Source of the DNA: Octopus sinensis
Lineage: Eukaryota
Assembly (NCBI RefSeq): GCF_006345805.1
Contig: NC_042999.1
Location: 30,566,001-30,630,000 of the forward strand
Length of the DNA: 64,000 bases
Direction: 5' to 3'
Of this stretch, positions 43,245 through 54,146 are shown one piece after another. The notes beneath the pieces are model-generated. The model saw nothing but the letters and a program-made list of their open reading frames with translations, searched no databases and had not been told where the DNA came from. Position 1 is the first letter of the stretch, and the number at the start of each line of letters is the position of its first letter. Both the position numbers and the translations under genes were made by a program.

Positions 43245-43440
43245 AGTTAATCCAAACAAGAAAGCACAAGAAAAACAACAACACGAGGATGTGGAACAAA
43301 TACAGTATTATTGGACGATCAGGAAAGAAGGAAAGAAGGAAAGAAGGAGGGTTTAAAGTTTCGGCGGAGCTCTTCGTCGGAAACATAGGAGAAGGAAAGA
43401 TCCAGAAAAGGGAAAACAGAGGGAAAAATCGCCAACGGTA
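43245..43440 (-). mobile_element. pLTR fragment with hammerhead-like motif (C4 variant)
   Basis: Minus 43351-43384 reads GUUU CCGACGA A GAGC ucc GCC GAAA CUUU AAAC with a perfect stem I. Sits in (TA)n. Confidence 0.5.
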
Positions 43441-43568
43441 ATGAGACAATGCTAAAGTAATTTTATCATGAAGAACATTTCGATTTAGTACCGGTTCAGT
43501 GTTTTTTTCAATTTAGAGTAAAGCATGAAAAACTATTAGATTGTGGAAAAATAATATGAAATCTTTTG

Positions 43569-43634
<66 letters not shown>

Positions 43635-44187
43635 ATTGGTGAATTGAAGAAATGGAGCTGAACGCAGATTGAACAGAAATCGTTTTATTTCATTACCACG
43701 TGTTTCGAAAGGCACAAATTACCAAAATCCGATTGAATAATGGGACCATATTGTGTCTTTCTCTTCAGGAAGAAAAAGGAAATCCGTTGGAAAAACAAAA
43801 ACAGAACAGAGGCGGAGCAAAAAACAAATCGAACTGTGCACCTAAGAGCCCATGGCGAAACTGTTTATCAGTGTATGTTGAGAACCGGTGGGTGAAGAAT
43901 TCAACGGGTCAGGCATCGGTCAATCATGTGGGTGAGGGTGTATAGATTTCTGTTCAATCTGCGTTCAGCTCCATTTCTTCAATTCACCAATAATGTTTTA
44001 ATTTCAATTATCCGCACCAACGCACGGTTGCAACGCCAGATGGTTGTACCTCCAACCGTGCTGTTTACTGCTGTGATTTTTGCTACTAATGTATCGGTTA
44101 AACTTTTGATTAATCTACTACAAGATTATTCATCTTTCTATTTCACATAATACATACCGCTTCGTCAAGAAACTGCTACTTTAACCG

Positions 44188-46916
44188 ATGCCAATAATGG
44201 AGTTGTTCGAGATTGATGCGTCCCTTAAGGATATTCCTATACCACCAAAGGATGCCTTCCTTAAGGAGTTGGTTTGTAAAACCAACGCATTCATAAACCG
44301 GATAAGATGGCTCATTTTCTTCCACGAGAACGAAGATCTAAAATCGAACCGGACATCAGCATCGTCCGAATACGGCCGGCTTTTTAAAACATTGGATACG
44401 CCGCCACCGAACCCAAGACTGAAGAAGTTTGAGGACGACTTGTGGGACATAGTTAGAAAGATTAAGTTCAGGAAGTCACCCAGGAGAAATGCCCACCTCA
44501 GATACCTAGATAAAATTACCAAGGACATTAATAGAACGGACGGAGTCCTGGTCCAGTCCGACAAGACCAGGAACACATACAAGATGCCCATTAAGCAGTA
44601 CCTAGATTTACTCGGTAAAGAGATCAAGATAAATTATAGAAAAACCAATTGGAGTACCCTGAGGAAGGTAAACTTGGAAAAGGATATAATATTTAAACAC
44701 CGAATTCAAATGAGAACTCAGCCGCTTAGCCCCAAGCAACCCAGATTTATAGTGAAGGACCAAAAACCTAACTTCCACACCAACCCAGCGCTAAGACTCA
44801 TATGCCCTGCTAGATCTGATATCGGGATAATCAGTAAGTACATTTTAGATAAATATATCCCTAGTTTAGTAAACAAGCTGAAGCTCAGCCTCGGGCCAAC
44901 TCCTCGCAGGTAGTGAAGTGGTTCTCTTCCATCCCCAATAAGAACCGTACTAGGTTCATTCAGTTTGATATCGCCAGCTTCTACCCCTCGATTAACCCTA
45001 GTGTGCTAAATAAGGCCCTCTGGCATGCTCACAACAAGGCTGGCCTCACCAGAGAAGAGATAGATATCATTTTAGTTGCCAGGAAATCGTTTATTAAGTT
45101 TGATAATAAGTTGTGGATCCGTAAAGATACTCCCAATGAATTTGATGTGCCTATGGGTAGTTCGGATAGTGCGCAGATAGCCGATTTGGTCGGAATATAT
45201 ATCTCTACGAATGTGTCCGATCAATTCCCGGAGATCGCGGGCGGCCTGTATCGTGACGATTGTTGTTTTACCTGCAAAACACCACGAACAGAATAGTGCA
45301 GAAAACTAAGAGCAGGTAGCTAGGTTTTTTAATAGAATGGGCATGAGTATAGTTTTTGATAATGAACTCACCAAGGCTAATTTCCTAGACGTTACACTTA
45401 ACCTTAATAGCGACTCATACTGCCCTTACCATAAGCCTTCCACTAATTTGAAGTATGTCAGTGTCTTCTCAAATCATGCAAAAACCGTAACAGACAATTT
45501 GGTTAAAAACATCTCTCTAGATTGTCTGGCTTGTCCGCCAGTGCCGATATTTTTATGCAGAAAGCGGATTTTTATAACGCCGCACTATCCAAGGCCGGTT
45601 ATAGGCAGAAGGTAATTTATATTGATCCGGCTTCCGATGCCATCATTCGGTCATCAGGATAGGGCCGTATATAATAACATTAACATTTTAAGTAAGGACG
45701 GGAGCGCGGCGGATGCCGGGGTAGTCGCTCCCGCATTTAATTTAGCGAACAAGGATAATTATCGGTCCGGGAGGTCTTACACTAACCCAAGACCCGTTAT
45801 TCATCCGAGAATCACCCACCCGAATGCGAGAGCTGGCGTCCCGACCCATCACACTGATAGGAATAAGCATATATGGTTTGTAATCCCCTTTGGTAAGCAG
45901 ATTAGAACTAACCTCCCCCTCATGTTTAGACAAGCCATCGCCAATAACTTCCCCAGAAATTCCAAATATTACTCCACGGTTAACTCACATAAAGTTAGGA
46001 TAGCTTTCTCCAACACTAAAAACCTCGCCCAGATAATCGCCTCCCATAATAATAGGCTACTTACTAAGACCCTATCACCTTTTTCCGGACGCACAGCCTC
46101 TTCCGCTCCCGGTTTAATGCTCAGTAGGAATAATTATAGTAGTAATAATGATATGAGAGCCAGTACAGTGACACATAATCTCAGCTCCAGCCAGGGAGTA
46201 CCCACTAGGGGTATAGTTATAAATAGGGGTGTTGTGGTTGACGGTAACAATGGGAGTAGGGTGGAGAGCCCCATTAGCATCCCCAGCATCATTTCCCGCA
46301 ATAGCAGTACCACGGGCAGTAGCAATGACAGCACTCTGATAGATAGTGGAGAATCAGGGGTTATTCCTATAGTTAATAGTGACGTTGTGGAAAATAGAGT
46401 AGTAAGCGGCTGCAGGTCTCGGAACGAATATAGTGACAGGAACGCAGTTCTAATTTCAGAAACCCAACCTAGCAGCAGATTAAGATTCACGTCGGCGAAC
46501 TCCAAGATCAAAAACGCCGTCTACCAATGCAAGGTTTACACGGACTCAGATGCCTTCACTTATGTAGGGGCATCATCCTCAAGATTGTCTTTGCGTGTCT
46601 CCAACCATTACGCAACTTTTCGGGACGTGAACAAGCGCCAGACCACGGGACTCAGTAAGCTAATATGGCGACTGAAGGATGCGAACTTAAGCTATAGGCT
46701 GGAATGGTCAATTTTGTCGGTGGCCCTCCCATTTGATAGGGGGAAGACAGACAGTGCAACCTTTGTGTCTCCGAACTCTTCCATATTTTGTTTGCCAGAG
46801 GCCGGATGGTAAACGGGCTCTTACAGTCGGCTTTTCGATGCCCCCATTGGCGGGTTACACTTATCTGGCCTTTAAATAGCGTTTATAATAATACCGGCAC
46901 CCATAGCCCTTGGTAA
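44188..46916 (+). pseudogene. PLE polyprotein: reverse transcriptase + GIY-YIG endonuclease, broken by a few frameshifts
   Basis: DIPIPPK...FINRIRW; QSDKTRN; LRLICPARSDIGIISK; FIQFDIASFYPSI; FDVPMGSSDSAQIADLVG; GLYRDD; NFLDVTLNL; IWFVIPF; AVYQC...TYVG...RVSNH; CNLC...CPH. Track ORFs 44188-44913, 44913-45296, 45337-45615 and 45622-46812 join up with small frame shifts. Confidence 0.92.
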
Positions 46917-47488
46917 CAAATTCTGAAATAGCCTTTAAGATATCTACGATTAACCACTGCAAGGGAAATTACTCCTGTGTGAGACAAACGGGGCTTGGTG
47001 TTTTTCACAGCGGGGGGTTTCCTTGTCTAGGCAGGCTTAGATGAACACACACACACACACATAAAACATAATATATATATAATTTTTTCTTTTTTTTCTT
47101 TCTGCCACCCAACGGTTATCACGGCAGTAGCCACTGACAGCCGAACGATCAAACGCACACACGTACACAAAAATTGTTTTCTACCCCTACGCCAACACAC
47201 ACATATATAGAACAGTATACACACACACACGTCTCTAAGTAGATTTTTTCTCGCCCCTTATAAAACATCCAATATTCTTTAAATAGTCAGAACTTTATTC
47301 TCGGTCACAAAGAACATCTATACACCCTCACCCACATGATTGACCGATGCCTGACCCGTTGAATTCTTCAGCCACCGGTTCTCAACATACACTGATAAAC
47401 AGTTTCGCCATGGGCTCTTAGGAGCACAGTTCGATTTGTTTTTTGCTCCGCCTCTGTTCTGTTTTTGTTTTTCCAACGGATTTCCTTT

Positions 47489-47577
47489 TTTCTTCCTGAA
47501 GAGAAAGACACAATATGGTCCCATTATTCAATCGGATTTTGGTAATTTGTGCCTTTCGAAACACGTGTAGAATGAAA
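47489..47577 (+). ncRNA. Type-I hammerhead ribozyme in the 3' pLTR of the full-length PLE
   Basis: UUUCUUC CUGAAGA GAAAG(acacaa...uugug)CUUUC GAAA CACGUG UA GAAuGAAA: intact core, 5-bp-plus stem II, palindromic stem III ACACGUGU, GUA at 47567-47569. An inverted variant copy is at 43688-43775 (minus). Confidence 0.85.
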
Positions 47578-47804
47578 TAAAACGATTTCTGTTCAATCTG
47601 CGTTCAGCTCCATTTCTTCAATTCACCAATAATGTTTTAATTTCAATTATCCGCACCAACGCACGGTTGCAACGCCAGATGGTTGTACCTCCAACCGTGC
47701 TGTTTACTGCTGTGATTTTTGCTACTAAAGTATCGGTTAAACTTTTGATTAATCTACTACAAGATTATTCATCTTTCTATTTCACATAATATATATATAT
47801 ATAT

Positions 47805-48702
47805 GTGTATAGTCAATGGACAGACGGAAACAAAATGCAACTGAATGAGGGAAAATTTGAACTGATGCATTTTGGAAGAAATTCCTCACTAAAACAACCA
47901 TACTCTCTTCCTTCAGGAGAACCGCTCACAGCCTCTAACAATATCAGAGACCTCGGTGTAATTGTTGATGACGATCTCAGTTGGAGTGCACACATCAACA
48001 AGAAGGTCGATATAGTTCGTAGGATGAGTTCCTAGATCTTAAGAACTTTCCGGTCCAGAGAACAAGGTCTCATCATACCACTTTTTCTTCCTTTGTACGG
48101 CCACACCTTGAATACTGCTGTCCACTGTGGTCTCCCCATACAAGACAAAACATCACCAGAATTGAGTCACCCCAGAGGGCACTCACTAAACGAATTGAAG
48201 CCATGGCTGCTCTCGATTATTGGGATTTCCTTAAAGCCTTGAAAGTTTACTCCCTCCAGCGTCGCCGTGAGCGGTACATCATTTGTACGATGTGGAGAAT
48301 ATACCGCCAACTTTGCCCATACGACATTAACATTAGCTTCAAGGTTCATCCAAGACTGGGACCAAGGGCCATACGTCCCCTGCCCAATTCAAGATCACAA
48401 CATACATGTACACTGCAACGTAATTTCTTTTCCTCAACAAGTCCTGCCCTATTTAACATTGTCCCGAGGGAGATCAAAGTTGAAAAGGATCCCATCAACT
48501 TTAAACGGAGTCTGGATAGATTCCTTCAAAGAATGGCAGATAAGCCACCCATAATTGGAAACATCTCACCCAACAAGAACTCACTACTTGAACAAAACTT
48601 GACTTAAACAGGATTCGAATAATCCTATCAGGTGGTGCTATTAAGTTAGACTTGGCCTGGACCAATCTTTGGTCGAAACATATCTAAGTTTATCTAAGTT
48701 TA
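47805..48702 (+). mobile_element. 5'-truncated CR1/L2-like LINE 3' end
   Basis: MQLNEGKFELMHFG...IRDLGVIVDDDLSW...VRPHLEYCCPLWSP...LKVYSLQRRRERY...FKRSLDRFL, with a tandem tail (atctaagttt)2. Confidence 0.9.
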
Positions 48703-48974
48703 TATATATATATATATTATATATATATATATATATATAGATATATTATATAATATATATATATATATATATGCATAATTTTCAAATAGTTGGAAAATTT
48801 CCTTCTTTCTGCCTGTCCTGCTGTTGTACTTTTTTCAAGGCTTGGTAGGTAGATAGTAGCAGATCCGAAGGAATATTGAATGTGAGTAATGTAGGTTCTG
48901 GATTGTGATTGCTTCAGCTGCAGTAGCCGAAGAAAGAGACCGTGGAGAGGAAGAAGAAGCAGAAGAAAATGAAG

Positions 48975-49028
48975 TATAAGTAGAAGTAGTTGTAGTATTA
49001 GTAGTAGTATTAGTAGTAGTAGTAGTAT

Positions 49029-49061
<33 letters not shown>

Positions 49062-49083
49062 CAGTAGCAGCAGCAGCACCAAC

Positions 49084-49140
<57 letters not shown>
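48975..49140. repeat. (GTA)n/(GCA)n microsatellite
   Basis: Directly visible. Confidence 0.95.
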
Positions 49141-49142
<2 letters not shown>

Positions 49143-49289
49143 GGAGATGAAGAAGAAGAGAAAGAAGAAGAAAAAGAAGATAACTACAGTACTAGACTGT
49201 TCGTAGAGTCTTCTCAAATAGACAAGTGACCTAATTGTGACCTGTTGTGGTTATAACAATCGTGATTGGAATAGTTCTGAATAAAATCA

Positions 49290-49500
49290 TGGGTAGTGAA
49301 TGTTCTGAATTTAACTTTTTTAATATTTGCGTGGGTTTTATTCTAAGATCATTGTAGTAGTGCCATCTATGGTGGAAGCATTCAAAAGGGATGTATGTTT
49401 TGCGATAAAATATGTCTCTTTGCCAATGCGTTGAGTATAGGTTGCATTGTCCTTGAATTTAAAGGGCGGAAAAGAACATGAAGTTGGGTTGTTCAAAGGA
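49290..49500 (-). mobile_element. Possible PLE endonuclease C-terminal remnant
   Basis: KETYFIAKHTSLLN resembles the E-A/T-Y-x-I...P-x-LN tail of GIY-YIG PLE ORFs. Confidence 0.3.
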
Positions 49501-49699
49501 TGAGTTACATAGTTTTTATTAAAGCTGCAAAATTATGACAGATCTGTTACTAGGATTCACGTTCCCGTTCGTCAGACAGTTGTGGTAAATGCAGTCTTGT
49601 ACCTATCCCAACTGTTCGATGAACGGGAACGTGAAACTCTGAGCAAGAATTCTGTGAGAATTCTGCATCTTTAATATATGTATGAACGCGATTTTTCAT

Positions 49700-49950
49700 G
49701 TAGAAGTGGCGGTTGAAAGTTCTTTTGGTGATCAAGATGTTCTCAGTGAAAGTGATCAAATGAGGTCTCTTATTCAACATATTTCCCCTGCGGTCCACAC
49801 ACTTCTTCCGTCAGTGTTGCAGTGCTTATGTCCAAGTGGTGTAGAAGACTTCATCCTTTTGATCAATAATTCATCAGTAGCAGGTACGACGTCATCATCT
49901 CCGGTCAAGTGTCTTCTTCAAGTTGGGGAACAGGTTTTAATTAGATGAAA
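49700..49950 (-). mobile_element. Mariner 3' end remnant
   Basis: Minus strand reads KDEVFYTT...ALQH...KKCVDRRG-YVE across frameshifts, then a TIR-like ta-gaagtggcggttgaaagttc at 49700. Confidence 0.65.
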
Positions 49951-50193
49951 ACAAACAAGGGTATTTGAATTGATGATCAACCAGATCAAATCGACAGTCA
50001 TAACCACTAGCCATAAAAACTGAATAATTGTGAGCTAGGATTACGAAAACTACTGCAGTTCCGTCTTAAGAGTTCTCATTTCATATCTTCAAGCAATATT
50101 TAAGCCTTGAAATTTTGGACAACCTAGTGATCAATAGCACTCATAATTACTAAATTTCCTTCTTCATTTATTCTATAAACAGGACTTCAGTCA

Positions 50194-50592
50194 GTTCTAT
50201 ATTTAAGAGTTGAGGAATTATGTACATTATGTACATTATTTACATTATTTAGATTTGACGGATATCTGTCTTCATCTTGTTTGTTGTTAAAACAACGTTT
50301 CGGCTGATATACCCGCCAGCCTTCATGAGGTGTCTCGGGGAAATGTCGAAAGGGTGTTCTCATTCCTAAGGTATTTGTTTTTCGATGTTATTATTACTAT
50401 TTTTATTATTCAGGTCACTGCTTCCAATCGAACTCGGTATCTTGGGGTTAGTAGCGCTCTTAACCACTACGCTACATGGCGTAGTGGTTAAGAGAGCGGA
50501 CTAATAACCCTAAGATTCCGAGTTCGATTTCACGCAGTGACCTGAATAATAATAATAATAATGATAATAAAAATAAAAAAATAAAAAAAAAA

Positions 50593-50681
<89 letters not shown>

Positions 50682-50827
50682 CAACATCGAAAAACAAATA
50701 GCTTAGGAATGAGAACCCACATTCGAAATTTGCCCAAGACATCTGATGAAGGCCGGAAACGTTGTGTTAACAACAAACAAGATGAAGATAAATATCCGTC
50801 AAAGGTAAATAATGTAAGTAATGTAAA
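50194..50827. mobile_element. Head-to-head dimer of a tRNA-derived SINE with hammerhead-containing 3' tail, flanked by 10-bp TSD
   Basis: Minus copy 50194-50472, 6-nt spacer, plus copy 50479-50827. A-box TGGCGTAGTGG at 50477-50487 and B-box agttcgatttc at 50521-50531. acttcagtca occurs at 50184-50193 and 50828-50837. Confidence 0.88.
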
Positions 50828-51136
50828 ACTTCAGTCATCCGGAAACAATCAGCATTTGACGAAATCAGGAAGGACTTCGCTATTATCTAGTTGAAATAAA
50901 TAGCCTTTCATAAATCGCCATTACCATTTCATTGTTGATAACTTTGGATCCTCATCGTCTGTTGTAGCTGCCATGTTAGTATGAATGTCACTGGGTGCTA
51001 AAACGTATCTGCGTGTACTTGATAACGCAGCGATACGAATGTTCGTCGATATTCAAGAGAAGGCGCTACGACTTACTTCTGAAGTTTTCTTTGAAAGCTC
51101 AGATATCAGTTTACCTGCAAAGAGAAAGCAAAAAGG

Positions 51137-51406
51137 GGAAACGTGGGGGAAACGGCAAGAAGCATCGGAGAGCGGGTAAATGCACATTGGAGACAACTCA
51201 AGGAAGGTAAAAGCTCATCGATTCTGTACAAACACGCCGAACAGGAACACGGGGGATCAATCAACAATATAGAAATTAAAATGTTGTCCACACATAGAAC
51301 AGATGCAACAATCAGACAAACTACAGAAGCTACACACATAATAGAAAATAAACCTAGCCTGAATAGAAAACTAGAATGGAGCACTAGCACACACCACGAC
51401 ATATGA
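51137..51406 (+). mobile_element. 5'-truncated PLE GIY-YIG endonuclease fragment
   Basis: VGETARSIGERVNAH...SSILYKHAEQEHGG...RQTTEATHIIENKPSLNRKLEW. The 3' UTR/pLTR-like sequence runs to ~51900. Confidence 0.8.
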
Positions 51407-52404
51407 CGATAGAGGATCCCGAAAACATAATAAATACACAGATAAATAAATAAATAAATAAATAAACAAATAGAAATAAATAACTATGTATATATATTTT
51501 TTCGATTGGATTTATTATTATTATTACTAGTATTATTGTTATACATACATACATACATACAAGCATATGTAATGATAATAATAAGTGGATGTAAACACAT
51601 GAACAAAATAAGAATAAACAAAAACAACAACAACAAAAACAAAATACAAATTACATGAACGTATATAAACAGAAGATACAAATATTACAGGCATCCCCCC
51701 CCACATACACACACTAAATAAACATAGACGCACATAGAGATATAAGCATGCGCAAATGAAGACATACAATAGAAATACAAAATGGCTGACGGTTAGTAAG
51801 GAGAGACACAAATAAGAAAGAAGAAAACAAAGGACCACTGATGCGGTCAGAGGAGTGTGGCGAAAGAACTCTAGCCGAAATAAGATTAATGTAAAAAATA
51901 AATAACACTGAAGCAAAGTAACACCAAATATATCGTGCGTGTGTTTTTATTGGCTAAACTGGCAAAATAATCATTCCGAAATATAACAATATCTGTTTCA
52001 ACACACGAATTCACATAAAAAATGTTGCACGACAAAAACGTACTATATATATATATATATATATGCATCGTGGTATTTCTAAATATAGCTGATACAATTC
52101 TAGTAAACTTTTACCTTATAACAGATTTCTTTTCTTTGTAACTAAAGTTTACTAACAAAAGTACTTATCGCTCATATCAATATCCTTACACGGATCTTAG
52201 ATAAAAAGGATGGATGGAGAAATTATTGTTCCTTTGTAGCAACGTGATCCAATAGAAATGAAATTCGGTATTGTAAAGCAACACATAACGAATCAAACTC
52301 AGCATTGATGCAACAATAATGGGGTTAATTTATATCAGTCGTCACCTACTTAGAATGTACTTGGCGTTCTTTCATCAACAATATTTGACGATGATATTAA
52401 CGTT

Positions 52405-52619
52405 GGGAATACGAAAATTACTGTTGTTCCGTCTGACAAGTTCTCATTTCATATCTTCAAGCAATATTTAAGTCTTGCAATTGTAGATGACCTAGATATC
52501 AATAGCACTCATAATTAGTAAATTTCCTACTTCAATAATTCTATAAACAAGACTTCAGTCATGAAACTATCAGCATTTGACGAAATCGGGAAGGAATTCG
52601 CTATCATCAAGTTGAAATA
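52405..52619 (+). repeat. Local paralog of 50037-50193 + 50828-50897 lacking the SINE dimer (empty site)
   Basis: Colinear: acgaaaa-tact...gttctcatttcatatcttcaagcaatatttaag...ctataaaca-gacttcagtca...tcagcatttgacgaaatc. acttcagtca occurs only once (52552-52561). Confidence 0.9.
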
Positions 52620-52651
52620 CAGAGAACACGACAGATGAGTATATATATGTC

Positions 52652-52796
<145 letters not shown>

Positions 52797-52813
52797 GACA
52801 CATATTGTATTTA

Positions 52814-53314
52814 GGGATGGACTTTGTTTTCGTTTTGCCAAACAAGCACACGCACTAAATATGTACTCTACACTTGTTTACAACTGTTCTTATTTTATTA
52901 TTTTAATTAATGTCTATTATCCGGAAATCTTTCGTCACTCATATGTGACCTCTTGAGCGACACATTTCTTTTTATTTTCGTGTGAGTTCTTCCTTCACTT
53001 ACACCATGTCCTTCTTTTAATGTGTTTATTCTTATGTGCAGATGCATTTGTGTCCACACAGACAATGGAACAAGGACACAAACGTATGCACACATAAGAA
53101 TACAGACTTTAAAAGAAGAAAATGCTCTAAGTGGACCGAGAACACACATGGAAAGGAAAAGTGTTGCTGAAGAGCTCACATGTGTGTGACGAAAGTTTTT
53201 CGGACAATAGACATAAATTCAAATAATAAAATAAGAAGTGTAATAAACGAATGAAGAAAAAATATATAGTGTGTGTGTTTATTTGGCAGAAAAATATAAA
53301 AAAAAGACCATCCC
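52814..53314. mobile_element. Head-to-head inverted pLTR pair with hammerhead-like motif in each arm
   Basis: Arms 52814-53055 and 53074-53314 with an 18-nt spacer. Plus arm: CUGAAGA g(c)UCAC...GUGAC GAAA (53167-53194). Minus arm: CUCAAGA g GUCAC...GUGAC GAAA (52916-52964). Long (TA)n on both sides. Confidence 0.75.
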
Positions 53315-53335
53315 GACGTACAACTATATCGGTTG

Positions 53336-53420
<85 letters not shown>

Positions 53421-53421
53421 C

Positions 53422-54146
53422 GAAGCAGAGGCGCAAAGCATTGTTTAGTTAAGAGTAGAATTTAAGTTAGTTGAAATATATTTGTCATAATTCAACTGCA
53501 GCTACCGCAGAGAAAAAAAAAAGTTCTCTTAAGGTAAGATGGCGTGAAAACACCCAATTCGTTTAGTGTTACCATCTCTCGGGAATCTCAGCCACCGATG
53601 TTTCGAGATTGTTTAGTCTTGTCAATGGGATATGCCTAAGAGAGGCAACACAGAGCGAACTTAATAAAGCTATAGCTTTATGTATAATAAAGTGAACACT
53701 TTGGCTGGTTTGCATTAGTAGTTGGCCTGATCAAATTATTTAGCGGAGCTTAGGCGCAAAGCAATGTTTAGGTATGAGCAGAATTTACGTTAGTTGAAAT
53801 ATGACAAATATATTTCAGCTAATCGAAATTCTGCTCATACCAGAACACTGCCTTGCGCATATGCTCCTTTAATTAATTTGGACGAATGATCTACTAGCGC
53901 AAATAAGTCAAAGTGTCGACTGGATTATATATAAAGCTATAATATTATTAAGTTCGTTCAGAGATGCCTCACTTATGTACATCTCATTGACAAGAGTCAA
54001 AAACCTCGAGGTTTGAAATTTTCGAGAAATACCGACACTGAACGAATTGGGTGCTTTTACCGTAAGAGAGATAACTTACCTCCGCGGTAACTGCTATGTA
54101 TTTGCCTTTAGCAATTGAAATATGTAGCAAATATATTTCAACTAAC
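53422..54146. mobile_element. Tandem + inverted pLTR structure with U3-A8 hammerhead-like core
   Basis: An imperfect palindrome 53466-54146 is centred on 53803-53809. A ~50-bp module repeats at 53430 and 53753. UUGACAA is present in both arms (53619-53625 minus; 53987-53993 plus). Confidence 0.65.

Larger units (their letters stand above)
43626..47791 (+). mobile_element. Full-length, young Penelope-like element (C-terminal-EN type, Hydra-clade-like by motif recall)
   Basis: 43626-43947 is the reverse complement of 47316-47639. 43945-44152 is a direct repeat of 47584-47791 with about 1 mismatch. An RT-EN ORF lies between them, and (TA)n flanks both sides. Confidence 0.95.

Noticed and set aside
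44181-46511. Antisense ORFs 44181-44627 and 46134-46511
   Set aside because: They are shadows of the PLE coding strand with no independent motifs.
50477-50545. tRNA gene
   Set aside because: A and B boxes are present, but there is no acceptor-stem closure and the sequence runs into (AAT)n and a repeat body. It is a SINE head.
51830-51900. Hammerhead after the 51137 GIY-YIG fragment (CUGAUGC...GAAA)
   Set aside because: A9 is missing and no consistent stems could be drawn.
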